Shown here: positions 12,001-26,300 of the stretch, in pieces
How the letters are laid out: each line of letters opens with the position of its first letter
Position numbering within the stretch: the first letter of the stretch is position 1
Program-made: the position numbers and the translations under genes
Source of the DNA: Narcine bancroftii
Taxonomy: Eukaryota
NCBI RefSeq assembly: GCF_036971445.1
Contig: NC_091476.1
Coordinates: forward strand, 58,962,001 to 59,026,000
Length of the DNA stretch: 64,000 nucleotides
Reading direction: 5' to 3'
Notes under the pieces: generated by a model
Told to the model about the DNA's origin: nothing
The model's input: only the letters and a program-made list of their open reading frames with translations
Database searches by the model: none

Positions 12001-14350
12001 GTACTCCAGTATCAGCCTCAGCAGACCTCGAGGCCTTGCGCCTCTAGTCATCCAGGCTCACGCTCACCTGATCTCCAGTCCAGGCCTCACCAGTACACCA
12101 GGACCAGCCGCAGCAGTGCTCCAGGCCTGGCCCCTCTAGTACTATATATCCAGCCTGAACAGTACTCCAAGCCAAGCATTACTAATACTCAGGAACAAAC
12201 ATCACAAGTACACCAGGCATAGATTCATTAGAACTTCAGGCACGACGTCAGCAGTCGTTCAGGCTCTGCATCAGTAGTACACCAAGCCCAGTCCCAGCAG
12301 TACTCCTGGCGGGGCCTCCCCGGTGCTCCTGGCCCAGTCTCCACTGTGCTTCTGGCCCGGCCTCCCCGGTGCTCCAGGCCCAGCCTCCCCAGCGTGGCAG
12401 GCCCGGCCTCCCCAGCACTGCAGCCCACTCATCCCAGCACTCCAGGCCCAGCCTCCCCAGCACTTCAGGTCCAGCCTCCCCAGTACTCCAGGCCCGGCCA
12501 CCCAAGCACTCCAGGCCCAGCCTCCCCAGTACTCCAGGCCCAGCCTCCCCAGAACTCCAGACCTAGCCTCACCAGTACTCCAGGCCCAGCCTCCCCAGTA
12601 CTCCAGGCTCAGCCTCCCCAGTCCACCAGGCCCATGCTCACCAGTACTCTAGGCCCAGCATCACCAGTACTCCAGGCCCAGCCTCACGATTACTCCAGGC
12701 CCAGCCTCACAAGTACTCCAGGCCCAGCCTCACCAGTACTCCAGGCCGAGCCTCACCAGTACTCCAGGACCAGCCTCACCAGTTCTCCAGGCCGAGCCTC
12801 ACCAGTACTCCAGGCCTATTTAACTCGCACTCCATGTGAAGCCTCCCAAGCACTCCAGTCCCAGCCTCCCCAGCACTCCAGTCCCAGCCACCCCAGGACT
12901 CCAGGCCCAGCCTCCCCAGCACTCCAGGCCCAGCCTCCCCAGCACTCCAGGTCCCGACTACCCAGTACTCCAGGCCCAGCCTATCCAGTACTCCAGGTAC
13001 AGCTTCCCCGGTACTCTTGGCACAGCCTCACCAGTAATCCAGTCCCAGCCTCACCAGTACTCCAGGCCCAGCCTCCCCTGTACTCCAGGCCCAGCCTCAC
13101 CAGTACTCCAGGCCCGGCCTCACATGAACTCATGGCCCGGCATCCCCAGTGCTCCTAGCGTGGCCTCGTCGGTGCTCCTGGCCCGGCCTCGCCGGTGCCC
13201 CTGGCCCGACCTCCCCGCTGCTCCTGGCCCGGCCTAGCTGGTGTTCCTGGCCCGGCCTCGCCGGTGCTCCTGGCCCGGCCTCGCGGGTGGTCCTGGCCCG
13301 TCCTCGCGGGTGCTCCTGGCCCGGCCTCCCCTGTGCTCCTGGCCCTGCCTCCCCGGTGCTCCTGGCCCGGCCTCCCCGGTGCTCCTGGCTCGGCCTCCCC
13401 AGCGCTCCAGGCCAGGCCTCCCCGGTGATCCTGGCACGGCCTCCCCAGCACTCCAGGTCCCGCCTCCCCTGTACTCCAGGCCCAGCCTCCCCAGTTCTCC
13501 AGGCCCAGCCACACCAGTACTCCAAGCCCAGCCTCCACAGTACTCCAGGCCCTGCGTCCCCAGTTCTCCAGGCCCAGCCTCACCAGCACTCCAGGCCAAA
13601 CTCCCCTCGTACTTCAGGCCAGTTACACTAATTCTCGAGGACCAGCCACACCAGTTTTCTAGAACCAGTCTCATTAGTACTCCAGTATCAGCCTCAGCAG
13701 ACCTCCAGGCCTTGCGCCTCTAGTCATCCAGGCTCACGCTCACCTGATCTCCAGTCCAGGCCTCACCAGTACACCAGGACCAGCCTCAGCAGTGCTCCAG
13801 GCCAGGCCCCTCTAGTACTATATATCCAGCCTGACCAGAACTCCAGGCCAAGCATTACTAATACTCAGGAACAAACATCACAAGTACACCAGGCATAGAT
13901 TCATTAGAACTTCAGGCACGACGTCAGCAGTCGTTCAGGCTCTGCATCAGTAGTACACCAAGCCCAGTCCCAGCAGTACTCCTGGCGGGGCCTCCCCGGT
14001 GCTCCTGGCCCAGTCTCCCCTGTGCTTCTGGCCCGGCCTCCCCGGTGCTCCAGGCCCGGCCTCCCCAGCGTGAAAGGCCCGGCCTCCCCAGCACTGCAGC
14101 CCACTCATCCCAGCACTCCAGGCCCAGCCTCCCCAGCACTTCAGGTCCAGCCTCCCCAGTACTCCAGGCCCGGCCACCCCAGCACTCCAGGCCCAGCCTC
14201 CCCAGTGCTCCAGGCCCAGCCTCCCCAGAACTCCAGACCTAGCCTCCCCAGTCCACCAGGCCAATGCTCACCAGTACTCTAGGCCCAGCATCACCAGTAC
14301 TCCAGGCCCAGCCTGACCAGTACTCCAGGCCCAGCCTCGCCAGTACTCCA
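1..14350. repeat. ~8.4-kb higher-order tandem duplication of satellite modules (copy 1 from window start, copy 2 from ~8473)
   Basis: The window start CTTTCCCGGCC recurs at 8473. Near-identical ORF translations recur at offsets of 8357-8471 (1898/10369, 2928/11399, 3757/12228, 5479/13904), and offsets differ by roughly whole 23-bp units. Confidence 0.85.
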
Positions 14351-17300
14351 GGCCCAGCCTCACCAGTACTCCAGGGCCAGCCTCACCAGTTCTCTAGGGC
14401 CAGCCTCACAAGTACTCCAGGTCCAGCCTCACCAGTACTCCAGGCCCAGCCTCACCAGTACTCCAGGGCCATCCTCACCAGTACTCCAGGCCCAGCCTCA
14501 CCAGTACTCCAGGACCAGCCTCACCAGTTCTCCAGGCCGAGCCTCCCCAGTACCCCTGGCCCAGCCTCCCCAGTACTCCAGGCTCAGCCTCACCAGTACA
14601 CCAGGCCCAGCCTTACCAGTACTCCAGGCCCAGCCTCAGCAGTACTCCAGGCCCAGCCTCACCAGTACTCCAGGCCTACTTAACGCGCACTCCATGTGAA
14701 GCCTCCCAAGCACTCCAGGCCCAGCCTCCCCAGCACTCCAGTCCCAGCCTCCCCAGGACTCCAGGCCCAGCCTCCCCAGCACTCCAGGCCCAGCCTCCCC
14801 AGCACTCCAGGTCCCACCTACCCAGTACTCCAGGCCCAGCCTATCCAGTACTCCAGGTCCAGCTTCCCCGGTACTCTTGGCACAGCCTCACCAGTAATCC
14901 AGTCCCAGCCTCACCAGTACTCCAGGCCCAGCCTCCCCTGTACTCCAGGCCCAGCCTCACCAGTACTCCAGGCCCGGCCTCACATGAACTCATGGCCCGG
15001 CATCCCCTGTGCTCCTAGCACGGCCTCGTCGGTGCTCCTGGCTCGGCCTCGCCGGTGCTCCTGGCCCGACCTCCCCGCTGCTCCTGGCCCAGCCTCGCCG
15101 GTGCTCCTGGCCCGGCCTCCCCACTGCTCCTGACCCGGCCTCGCGGGTGCTCCTGGCCCGTCCTCGCGGGTGCTCCTGGCCCGGCCTCCCCAGTACTCCA
15201 GGCCCAGCCTCACCAGTAAACCAGGCCCAGCCTCCCCAGTTCACCAGGCCCTGCGTCCCCAGTTCTCCAGGCCCAGCCTCCACGTTTCTCCTGGCCCGGC
15301 CTCTCCGGTGCTCCTGGCCCAGCCTCCCCGGTGCTCCTGGCCCGGCCTCCCTGGTGCTCCTGGCCCGGCCTCCCAGGTGCTCCTGGCCCGGCCTCACCAG
15401 TACTCCTGGCACAGCCTCACCAGTACTCCAGGCCCAGCCTCACAAGTACTCAAGGCCAAGGTCCACTAGTACTTCAGGCCAGGCTTCACCAGTACTCTAG
15501 TCCCAGCTCCCCTCGTACTTCAGGCCAGCTACACTAATTCTCCAGGACCAGCCACACCAGTTTTCTAGACCCACTCTCATTAGTACTCCAGTATCAGCCT
15601 CAGCAGACCTCCAAGCCTTCCCCCTCTAGTCATCCAGGCTCACGCTCACCTGATCTCCAGTCCCAGCCTCACCAGTACACCAGGACCAGCCTCAGCAGTG
15701 CTCAAGGACTGGCCCCGCTAATACTATGCATCCAGCCTGACCAGTACTCCAGGCCAAGCATTACTAATACTCCGGAACAAACATCACAAGTATACCAGGC
15801 ATAGATTCAATAGAACTTGAGGCGCGGCGTCAGCTGTAGTCCAGGCTCTGCATCAGTAGTACACCAAGCCCAGTCCCAGCAGTACTTCTGGCGGGGCCTC
15901 CCCGGTGCTCCTGGCGGTGCTTCCCTGATGCTCCTGGCGTGGCCGCCCCGATGCTCCTGGCCCGGCCTCGCCGGTGCTCATGGCCCAGCCTCGCCTGTGC
16001 TCCTGGCCCGGCCTTGACGCTGCTCATGGCCCGGCCTCGCCTGTGCTCCTGGCCTGGCCTCGCCGCTGCTCCTGGCCCGGCCTCACCGGTGCTCCTGCCC
16101 GGCGTTCCCAGTGGTCCTGGCCCGGACTCCCCGGTGCTCCTGGCCCGGCCTCCCCGGTGCTCCTGGACCGGCCTCCCCGGTGCTCCTGGCCCGACCTCCC
16201 CGGTGCTCCCGGCTCGGCCTCCCCAGCGCTCCACGCCAGGCCTCCCCGGTGCTCCTGGCTCGGCCTCCCCAGCACTCCAGGTCCCGCCTCCCCTGTACTC
16301 CAGGCCCAGCCTCCCCAGTACTCCAGGCCCAGCCACACCAGTACTCCAGGCCCAGCCTCACCAGTACTCCAAGCCCAGCCTCCCCAGTATTCCAGGCCCT
16401 GCATCCCCAGTTCTCCAGGCCCAGCCTCACCAGCACTCCAGGACAAACTCCCCTCGTACTTCAGGCCAGTTACACTAATTCTCCAGGACCAGCCACATTA
16501 GTTTTCTAGAACCAGTCTCATTAGTACTCCAGTATCAGCCTCAGCAGACCTCCAGGCCTTGCGCCTCTAGTCATCCAGGCTCACACTCACCTGATCTCCA
16601 GTCCAGGCCTCACCAGTACACCAGGACCAGCCTCAGCAGTGCTCCAGGCCTGGCCCCTCTAGGACTATATATCAAGCCTGACCAGTACTCCAGGCCAAGC
16701 ATTACTAATACTCAGGAACAAATATCACAAGTACACCAGGCATAGATTCATTAGAACTTCAGGAACGACGTCAGCAGTCGTTCAGGCTCTGCATCAGTAG
16801 TACACCAAGCCCAGTCCCAGCAGTACTCCTGGCGGGGCCTCCCCAGTGCTCCTGGCCCAGTCTGCCCTGTGCTTCTGGCCCGGCCTCCCCGCTGCTCCTG
16901 GCCCGTCCTCGCGGGTGCTCCTGGCCCGGCCACCCCGGTGCTCCTGGCCCGGCCTCCCTGGTGCTCCTGGCCTGGCCTCCCCAGTACTCCAGGCCTAGCC
17001 TCACCAGTACTCCAGGCCCAGCCTCTCCAGTACACCAGGCCCTGCGTCCCCTGTTCTCCAGGCCCAGCCTCACCAGTACTCCAGGCTAAACTCCACTAGT
17101 ACTTCAGGCCCGGCGTCACTAGTGCTCCTGGACCAGCCTCACGAGTTCCCTAGGCCAAGCCACATTGGTACTCCAGTATCAGCCTCACAAGAACTCCAGA
17201 CCTTGCCCTTCTAGATATCCTGACTCACCCTCACCTGATCTCCAGTCCCAAATTCACCAGTACACCAGGCCCAGCCTTACCAGTACTCCAGGCCCAGCCT

Positions 17301-20300
17301 CAGCAAAACTCCACGCCCAGCCTCCCAGGACTCCAGGCCCAGCCTCCCCAGCACTCCAGGTCCCGCCTACCCAGTACTCCAGGCCCAGCCTATCCAGTAC
17401 TCCAGGTCCAGCTTCCCCAGTACTCTTGGCACAGCCTCACCAGTAATCCAGTCCCAGCCTCACCAGTACTCCAGGCCCGGCCTCACATGAACTCATGGCC
17501 CAGCATCCACTGTGCTCCTAGCGCGCCCTCGTCGGTGCTCCTGGCCCGGCCTCCCCGCTGCTCCTGGCCCATCCTCGCGGGTGCTCCTGGCCCGGCCTCC
17601 CCGGTGCTCCTGGCCCGGCCTCCCCGGTGCTCCTGCCCCGGCCTCCCCAGTACTCCAGGCCCAGCCTCACCAGTACTCCAGGCCCAGCCTCCCCAGTACA
17701 CCAGGCCCTGCGTCCCCAGTTCTCCAGGCCCAGCCTCACCAGTACTCCAGGCTAAACTCCACTAGTACTTCAGGCCCGGTGTCACTAGTGCTCCTGGACC
17801 AGCCTCACGAGTTCCCTAGGCCAAGCCACATTGGTACTCCAGTATCAGCCTCACCAGAACTCCAGACCTTGCCCTTCTAGTCATCCTGACTCACCCTCAC
17901 CTGATCTCCAGTCCCAGATTCACCAGTACTCCAGGCCCAGCCTCACCAGCACTCCAGGCCCAGCCTCAATAGTACTCCAGACCGTTTCAATAGTACTCCA
18001 GGCCCAGTCTCACTAGTACTCCAGGTCTATTTCACTCGCACTACTTGTGAAGCCTCACCAGAACTCCAGGCCCAGCTTCACTAGTACTTCATACCCAGCA
18101 TCAAGAGCAATCCAGGCCATTCTCACTAGTTCCCCAGGCCCAGCCTCACCAGTACTCCAGGCCAAGCTCCACTGTCCTTCAGGCTAGGCTTCAACAGTAC
18201 TCTAGTCCCAGCTCCCCTCATACTTCTGGCCAGCTACACTAAAATTCCAGGACTCGCCACACCAGTATTCTAGACCCAGCTTCATTAGTACTCCAGTATC
18301 AACCTCAGCAGAACTCCAGGCCTTGCCCCTCTAGTCATCCAGGCTCACGCTCACCTGATCTCCATTCCCAGCTTTACCAGTACACGTGGCCCAGCCTCAT
18401 TAGTGCTCCAGGCCTGGCCACTCTAGTACTATACGTCCAGCCTGACCAGTACTCAAGGCGCAGCATTACAAACCCTGCAGAACAAACATCACAAGTACAC
18501 TAGGCATAGATTCATTAGAACTTCAGGCACGGCGTCAGCAGTAGTCCAGGCTCTGCATCAGTAGTACACCAAGCCCAGTCCCACGAGTACTCCTGGCGAG
18601 GCCTCCCCGGTGCTCCTGGCATGGCCTCGCCGGTGCTCCTGTCACGGCCTCCCCGGTGCCCCTGGCCCGGCCTCCCCGGTGCTCCTGGCCCGGCCTCCCC
18701 AGCGTGGCAGGCCCGGCCTCCCCAGCACTGCATCCCAATCATCCCAGCACTTCAGGTCCAGCCTCCCCAGTACTCCAGGCCCGGCCACCCCAGCACTCCA
18801 GGCCCAGCCACCCCAGTGCTCCAGGCCCAGCCTCCCCAGAACTCCAGACCTAGGATCACCAGTACACCAGGCCCAGCTTCCCCAGTACTCCAGGCTCAGC
18901 CTCCCCAGTCCACAGGGCCCATGCTCACCAGTACTCTAGGCCCAGCATCACCAGTACTCCAGGCCCAGCCTCACCAGTACTCCAGGCCCAGCCTCGCCAG
19001 TACTCCAGGCCCAGCCTCACCAGTACTCCAGGGCCAGCCTCACCAGTTCTCTAGGGCCAGCCTCACAAGTACTCCAGACCCAGCCTCACCAGTACTCCAG
19101 GCCCAGCCTCACCAGTACTCCAGGGCCATCCTCACCAGTACTCCAGGCCCAGCCTCACTTTTACTCCAGGACCAGCCTCACCAGTTCTCCAGGCCGAGCA
19201 TCCCCAGTACCCCAGGCCCAGCCTCCCCAGTACTCCAGGCTCAGCCTCACCAGTACACCAGGCCCAGCCTTACCAGTACTCCAGGCCCAGCCTCAGCAGT
19301 ACTCCAGGGCCAGCCTCACCAGTACTCCAGGCCTATTTAACTCGCACTCCATGTGAAGCCTCCCAAGCACTCCAGGCCCAGCCTCCCCAGGACACCAGGC
19401 CCAGCCTCTCCAGCACTCCAGGCACAGCCTCCCCAGCACCTCAGGTCCCGCCTACCCAGTACTCCAGGCCCAGCCTATCCAGTACTCCAGGCCCAGCTTC
19501 CACGGTACTCTTGGCACAGCCTCACCAGTAATCCAGTCCCAGCCTCACCAGTACTCCAGGCCCAGCCTCCCCTGTACTCCAGGCCCAGCCTCACCAGTAC
19601 TCCAGGCCCGGCCTCACATGAACTCATGGCCCGGCATCCCCCGTGCTCCTAGCGCGGCCTCGTCGGTGATCCTGGCACGGCCTCGCCGGTGCTCCTGGCC
19701 CGACCTCCCCGCTGCTCCTGGCCCGGCCTCGCCGGTGCTCCTGGCCCGGCCTCCCCGCTGCTCCTGGCCCGGCCTCGCGGGTGCTTCTGGCCCGTCCTCG
19801 CGGGTGCGCCTGGCCCATCCTCGCGGGTGCTCCTGGCTCATCCTCGCGGGTGCTCCTGGCCCGGCCTCCCCGGTGCTCCTGGCCCGGCCTCCCCGGTGCT
19901 CCTGGCCCAGCCTCCCCAGTACACCAGGCCCTGCGTCCCCAGTTCTCCAGGCCCAGCCTCACCAGTACTCCAGGCTAAACTCCACTAGTACTTCAGGCCC
20001 GGCGTCACTAGTGCTCCTGGACCAGCCTCACGAGTTCCCTAGGCAAAGCCACATTGGTACTCCAGTATCAGCCTCACCAGAACTCCAGACCTTGCCCTTC
20101 TAGTCATCCTGACTCACCCTCACCTGATCTCCAGTCCCAGATTCTCCAGTACTCCAGGCCCAGCCTCACCAGCACTCCAGTCCCAGCCTCAATAGTACTC
20201 CAGATCGTCTCACTAGTACTCCAGGCCCAGTCTCACTAGTACTCCAGGCCTATTTCACTCGCACTACATGTGAAGCCTCACCAGAACTCCAGGCCCAGCT

Positions 20301-23300
20301 TCACTAGTACTTCATACCCAGCATCAAGAGCAATCCAGGCCATTCTCACTAGTTCCCCAGGCTCAGCCTCACCAGTACTCCAGGCCAAGCTCCACTGTCC
20401 TTCAGGCCAGGCTTCACCAGTACTCTAGTCCCAGCTCCCCTCATACTTCTGGCCAGCTACACTAAAATTCCAGGACTCGCCACACTAGTTTTCTAGACCC
20501 AGCTTCATTAGTACTCCAGTATCAGCCTCAGCAGAACTCCAGGGCTTGCCCCTCTAGTCATCCAGGCTCACGCTCACCTGATCTCCAGTCCCAGCTTCAC
20601 CAGTACACGTGGCCCAGCCTCATTAGTGCTCCAGGCCTGGCCACTCTAGTACTATACGTCCAGCCTGACAAGTACTCAAGGCGCAGCATTACAAACCCTC
20701 CAGAACAAACATCACAAGTACACTAGGGATAGATTCATTAGAACTTCAGGCACGGCGTCAGCAGTAGTCCAGGCTCTGCATCAGTAGTACACCAAGCCCA
20801 GTCCCACGAGTACTCCTGGCGAGGCCTCCCCGGTGCTCCTGGCATGGCCTCGCCGGTGCTCCTGTCACGGCCTCCCCGGTGCCCCTGGCCCGGCCTCCCC
20901 GGTGCTCCTGGCCCGGCCTCCACGTTTCTCCTGGCCCGGCCTCTCCGGTGCTCCTGGCCCAGCCTCCCCGGTGCTCCTGGCCCGGCCTCCCCGGTGCTCC
21001 TGGCCCGGCCTCCCCGGTGCTCCTGGCCCGGCCTCCCCGGAGCTCCTGGCACAGCCTCACCAGTACTCCAGGCCCAGCCTCACAAGTACTCAAGGCCAAG
21101 GTCCACTAGTATTTCAGGCCAGGCTTCACCAGTACTCTAGTCCCAGCTCCCCTCGTACTTCAGGCCAGCTACACTAATTCTCCAGGACTAGCCACACCAG
21201 TTTTCTGGACCCACTCTCATTAGTACTCCAGTATCAGCCTCAGCAGACCTCCAAGCCTTCCCCCTCTAGTCATCCAGGCTCACGCTCACCTGATCTCCAA
21301 TCCCAGCCTCACCAGTACACCAGGACCAGCCTCAGCAGTGCTCAAGGACTGGCCCCGCTAATACTATACGTCCAGCCTGACCAGTACTCCAGGCCAAGCA
21401 TTACTAATACTCCGGAACAAACATCACAAGTATACCAGGCATAGATTCAATAGAACTTCAGGCGCGGCGTCAGCTGTAGTCCAGGCTCTGCATCAGTAGT
21501 ACACCAAGCCCAGTCCCAGCAGTACTTCTGGCGGGGCCTCCCCGGTGCTCCTGGCGGTGCTTCCCCGATGCTCCTGGCCTGGCCACCCCGATACTCCTGG
21601 CCCGGCCTCGCTGGTGCTCATGGCCCAGCCTCGCCTGTGCTCCTGGCCCGGCCTTGCCGCTGCTCCTGGCCCGGCCTCGCCTGTGCTCCTGGCCTGGCCT
21701 CGCCGCTGCTCCTGGCCCGGCCTCGCCTGTGCTCCTGGCCCGGCCTCACCGGTGCTCCTGCCCGGCGTACCCAGTGGTCCTGGCCCGGACTCCCCGGTGC
21801 TCCTGGCCCGGCCTCCCCGGTGCTCATGGCCCGGCCTCCCCGGTGCTCCTGGCCTGGCCTCCCCGGTGCTCCTGGCTCGGCCTCCCCAGCGCTCCAGGCC
21901 AGGCCTCCCCGGTGCTCCTAGCTCGGCATCCCCAGCACTCCAGGTCCCGCCTCCCCTGTACTCCAGGCCCAGACTCCCCAGTACTCCAGGCCCAGCCTCA
22001 CCAGTACTCCAAGCCCAGCCTCCCCAGTATTCCAGGCCCTGCGTCCCCAGTTCTCCAGGCCCAGCCTCACCAGCACTCCAGGCCAAACTCCCCTCGTACT
22101 TCAGGCCAGTTACACTAAATCTCCAGGACCAGCCACACTAGTTTTCTAGAACCAGTCTCATTAGTAATCCAGTATCAGCCTCAGCAGACCTCCAGGCCTT
22201 GCGCCTCTAGTCATCCAGGCTCATGCTCACCTGATCTCCAGTCCAGGCCTCACCAGTACACCAGGACCAGCCTCAGCAGTGCTCCAGGCCTGGCCCCTCT
22301 AGTACTATATATCAAGCCTGACCAGTACTCCAGGCCAAGCATTACTAATACTCAGGAACAACCATCACAACTACACCAGGCATAGATTCATTAGAACTTC
22401 AGGCACGACGTCAGCAGTCGTTCAGGCTCTGCATCAGTAGTACACCAAGCCCAGTCCCAGCAGTACTCCTGGCGGGGCCTCCCCGGTGCTCCTGGCCCAG
22501 TCTCCCCTGTGCTTCTGGCCCGGCCTCCCCGGTGCTCCTGGCCCGGCCTCCCCGCTGCTCCTGGCCCGTCCTCGCGGGTGCTCCTGGCCCGGCCTCCCCG
22601 GTGCTCCTGGCCCGGCCTCCCCGGTGCTCCTGGCCCGGCCTCCCCAGTACTCCAGGCCCAGCCTCACCAGGCCCAGCCTCCCCAGTACACCAGGTCCTGC
22701 GTCACCAGTTCTCCAGGCCCAGCCTCACCAGTACTCCAGGCTAAACTCCACTGTCCTTCAGGCCAGGCTTCACCAGTACTCTAGTCCCAGCTCCCCTCAT
22801 ACTTCTGGCCAGCTACACTAAAATTCCAGGACTGGCCACACCAGTTTTCTAGACCCAGCTTCATTAGTACTCCAGTATCAGCCTCAGCAGAACTCCAGGC
22901 CTTGCCCCTCTAGTCATCCAGGCTCACGCTCACCTGATCTCCAGTCCCAGCTTCACCAGTACACGTGGCCCAGCCTAATTAGTGCTCCAGGCCTGGCCAC
23001 TCTAGTACTATACGTCCAGCCTGACCAGTACTCAAGGCGCAGCATTACAAACCCTCCAGAACAAACATCACAAGTACACTAGGCATAGATTCATTAGAAC
23101 TTCAGGCACGGCGTCAGCAGTAGTCCAGGCTCTGCATCAGTAGTACACCAAGCCCAGTCCCACGAGTACTCCTGGCGAGGCCTCCCCGGTGCTCCTGGCA
23201 TGGCCTCGCCGGTGCTCCTGGCACGGCCTCCCCGGTACCCCTGGCCCGGCCTCCCCGGTGCTCCTGGCCCGGCCTCCACGTTTCTCCTGGCCCGGCCTCT

Positions 23301-26300
23301 CCGGTGCTCCTGGCCCAGCCTCCCCGGTGCTCCTGGCCCGGCCTCCCCGGTGCTCCTGGCTCGGCCTCCCCGGTGCTCCTGGCCTGGCCTCACCAGTACT
23401 CCTGGCACAGCCTCACCAGTACTCCAGGCCCAGCCTCACAAGTACTCAAGGCCAAGGTCCACTAGTACTTCAGGCCAGGCTTCACCAGTACTCTAGTCCC
23501 AGCTCCCCTCATACTTCAGGCCAGCTACACTAATTCTCCAGGACCAGCCACACCAGTTTTCTAGACCCACTCTCATTAGTACTCCAGTATCAGCCTCAGC
23601 AGACCTCCAGGCCTTGCGCCTCTATTCATCCAGGCTCACGCTCACCTGATCTTCAGTCCAGGCCTCACCAGTACACCAGGACCAGCCTCAGCAGTGCTCC
23701 AGGCCTGGCCCCTCGAGTACTATATATCCAGCCTGACCAGTACTCCAGGCCAAGCATTACTAATACTCAGGAACAAACATCACAAGTACACCAGGCATAG
23801 ATTCATTAGAACTTCAGGCACGACGTCAGCAGTCGTTCAGGCTCTGCATCAGTAGTACAACAAGCCCAGTCCCAGCAGTACTCCTGGCGGGGCCTCCCCG
23901 GTGCTCCTGGCCCTGTCTCCCCTGTGCTTCTGGCCCGGCCTCCCCGGTGCTCCAGGCCCGGCCTCCCCAGCGTGGCAGGCCCGGCCTCCCCAGCACTGCA
24001 GCCCACTCATCCCAGCACTCCAGGCCCAGCCTCCCCAGCACTTCAGGTCCAGCCTCCACAGTACTCCATGCCCAGCCTCGCCAGTACTCCAGGGTCAGCC
24101 TCACCAGTTCTCTAGGGCCAGCGTCACAAGTACTCCAGGCCCAGCCTCACCAGTACTCCAGGCCCAGCCTCACCAGTACTCCAGGGCCATCCTCACCAGT
24201 ACTCCAGGCCCAGCCTCACCAGTACTCCAGGACCAGCCTCACCAGTACTCCAGGCCCAGCCTCCCCAGTACCCCAGGCCCAGCCTCCGCAGTACTCCAGG
24301 GTCAGCCTCACCAGTCCACCAGGCCCAGCCTTACCATTACTCCAGTCCCAGCCTCCCCAGTACCACAGGCCCAGCCTCTGCAGTACTCCAGGGTCAGCCT
24401 CACCAGTACACCAGGCCCAGCCTCCCCAGCACTCCAGTCCCAGCCTCCCCAGGACTCCAGGCCCAGCCTCCCCAGGACTCCAGGCCCAGCCTCCCCAGCA
24501 CTCCAGGCCCAGCCTCCCCAGCACTCCAGGTCCCGCCTACCCAGTACTCCAGGCCCAGCCTATCCAGTACCCCAGGTCCAGCTTCCCCGGTACTCTTGCA
24601 ACAGCCTCACCAGTAATCCAGTCCCAGCCTCACCAGTAATCCAGGCCCAGCCTCCCCTGTACTCCAGGCCCAGCCTCACCAGTACACCAGGCCCGGCCTC
24701 ACATGAACTCATGGCCCGGCATCCCCTGTGCTCCTAGCGCGGCCTCGTCGGTGCTCCTGGCCCGGCCTCGCCGGTGTTCCTGGCCCGGCCTCCCCGCTGC
24801 TCCTGGCCCGGCATCGCCGGTGCTCCTGGCCCGGCTTCCCTGCTGCTCCTGGCCCATCCTCGCGGGTGCACCTGGCCCGGCCTCCCCGGTGCTCCTGGCC
24901 CGGCCTCCCCGGTGCTACTGGCCCAGCCTCCACAGTACACCAGGCCCTGCGTTCCCAGTTCTCCAGGCCCAGCCTCACCAGTACTCCAGGCTAAACTCCA
25001 CTAGTATTTCAGGCCCGGCGTCACTAGTGCTCCTGGACCAGCCTCACGAGTTCCCTAGGCCAAGCCACATTGGTACTCCAGTAGTAGCCTCACCAGAACT
25101 CCAAACCTTGCCCTTCTAGTCACCCTGACTCACCCTCACCTGATCTCCAGTCCCAGATTCACAAGTACTCCACGCCCAGCCTCACCAGCATTCCAGGCCC
25201 AGCCTCAATAGTACTCCAGACCGTCTCACTAGTACTCCAGGCCCAGTCTCACTAGTATTCCAGGCCTATTTCACTCGCACTACATGTGAAGCCTCACCAG
25301 AACTCCAGGCCCAGCTTCACTAGTACTTCATACCCAGCATCAAGAGCAATCCAGGCCATTCTCACTAGTTCCCCAGGCCCAGCCTCACCAGTACTCCAGG
25401 CCAAGCTCCACTGTCGTTCAGGCCAGGCTTCACCAGTACTCTAGTCCCAGCTCCCCTCATACTTCTGGCCAGCTACACTAAAATTCCAGGACTCGCCACA
25501 CCAGTTTTCTAGACCCAGCTTCATTAATACTCCAGTATCAGCCTCATCAGAACTCCAGGCCTTGCCCCTCTCGTCATCCAGGCTCACGCTCACCTGATCT
25601 CCAGTCCCAGCTTCACCAGTACACGTGGCCCAGCCTCATTAGTGCTCCAGGCCTGGCCACTCTAGTATTATACGTCCAGCCTGACCAGGACTCAAGGCGC
25701 AGCATTACAAATCCTCCAGAACAAACATCACAAGTACACTAGGCATAGATTCATTAGAACTTCAGGCATGGCGTCAGCAGTAGTCCAGGCTCTGCATCAG
25801 TAGTACACCAAGCCCAGTCCCACGAGTACTCCTGGCGAGGCCTCCCCGGTGCTCTTGGCATGGCCTCGCCGGTGCTCCTGGCACGGCCTCCCCGGTGCCC
25901 CTGGCCCGGCCTCCCCGGTGCTCCTGGCCCGGCCTCCACGTTTCTCCTGGCCCGGCCTCCCCGGTGCTCCTGGCCCGGCCTCCCCGGTGCGCCTGGCCCG
26001 GCCTCCACGGTGCTCCTGGCCCGGCCTCCCCGGTGCTCCTGGCCCGGCCTCCCTGGTACTCCTGGTCCAGCCTCCCCAGCACTTCAGGACCAGTCTCCCC
26101 AGTACTCCAGGCCCAGCCACCTCAGTATTCCAGGCCCAGCCTCACCAGTACTACAGGCCCAGCCTTCCAAGTACTCCAGGTCCAGCCTCACCAGAACTCC
26201 TGGCCCAGCTTCACCAGTACTCCAGTACTCCAGGCCCAGCCTCACCAGTAATCCAAGCCCAGACTCACCAGAACTCCCGCGCGAGCCTCACCAGTACTCC

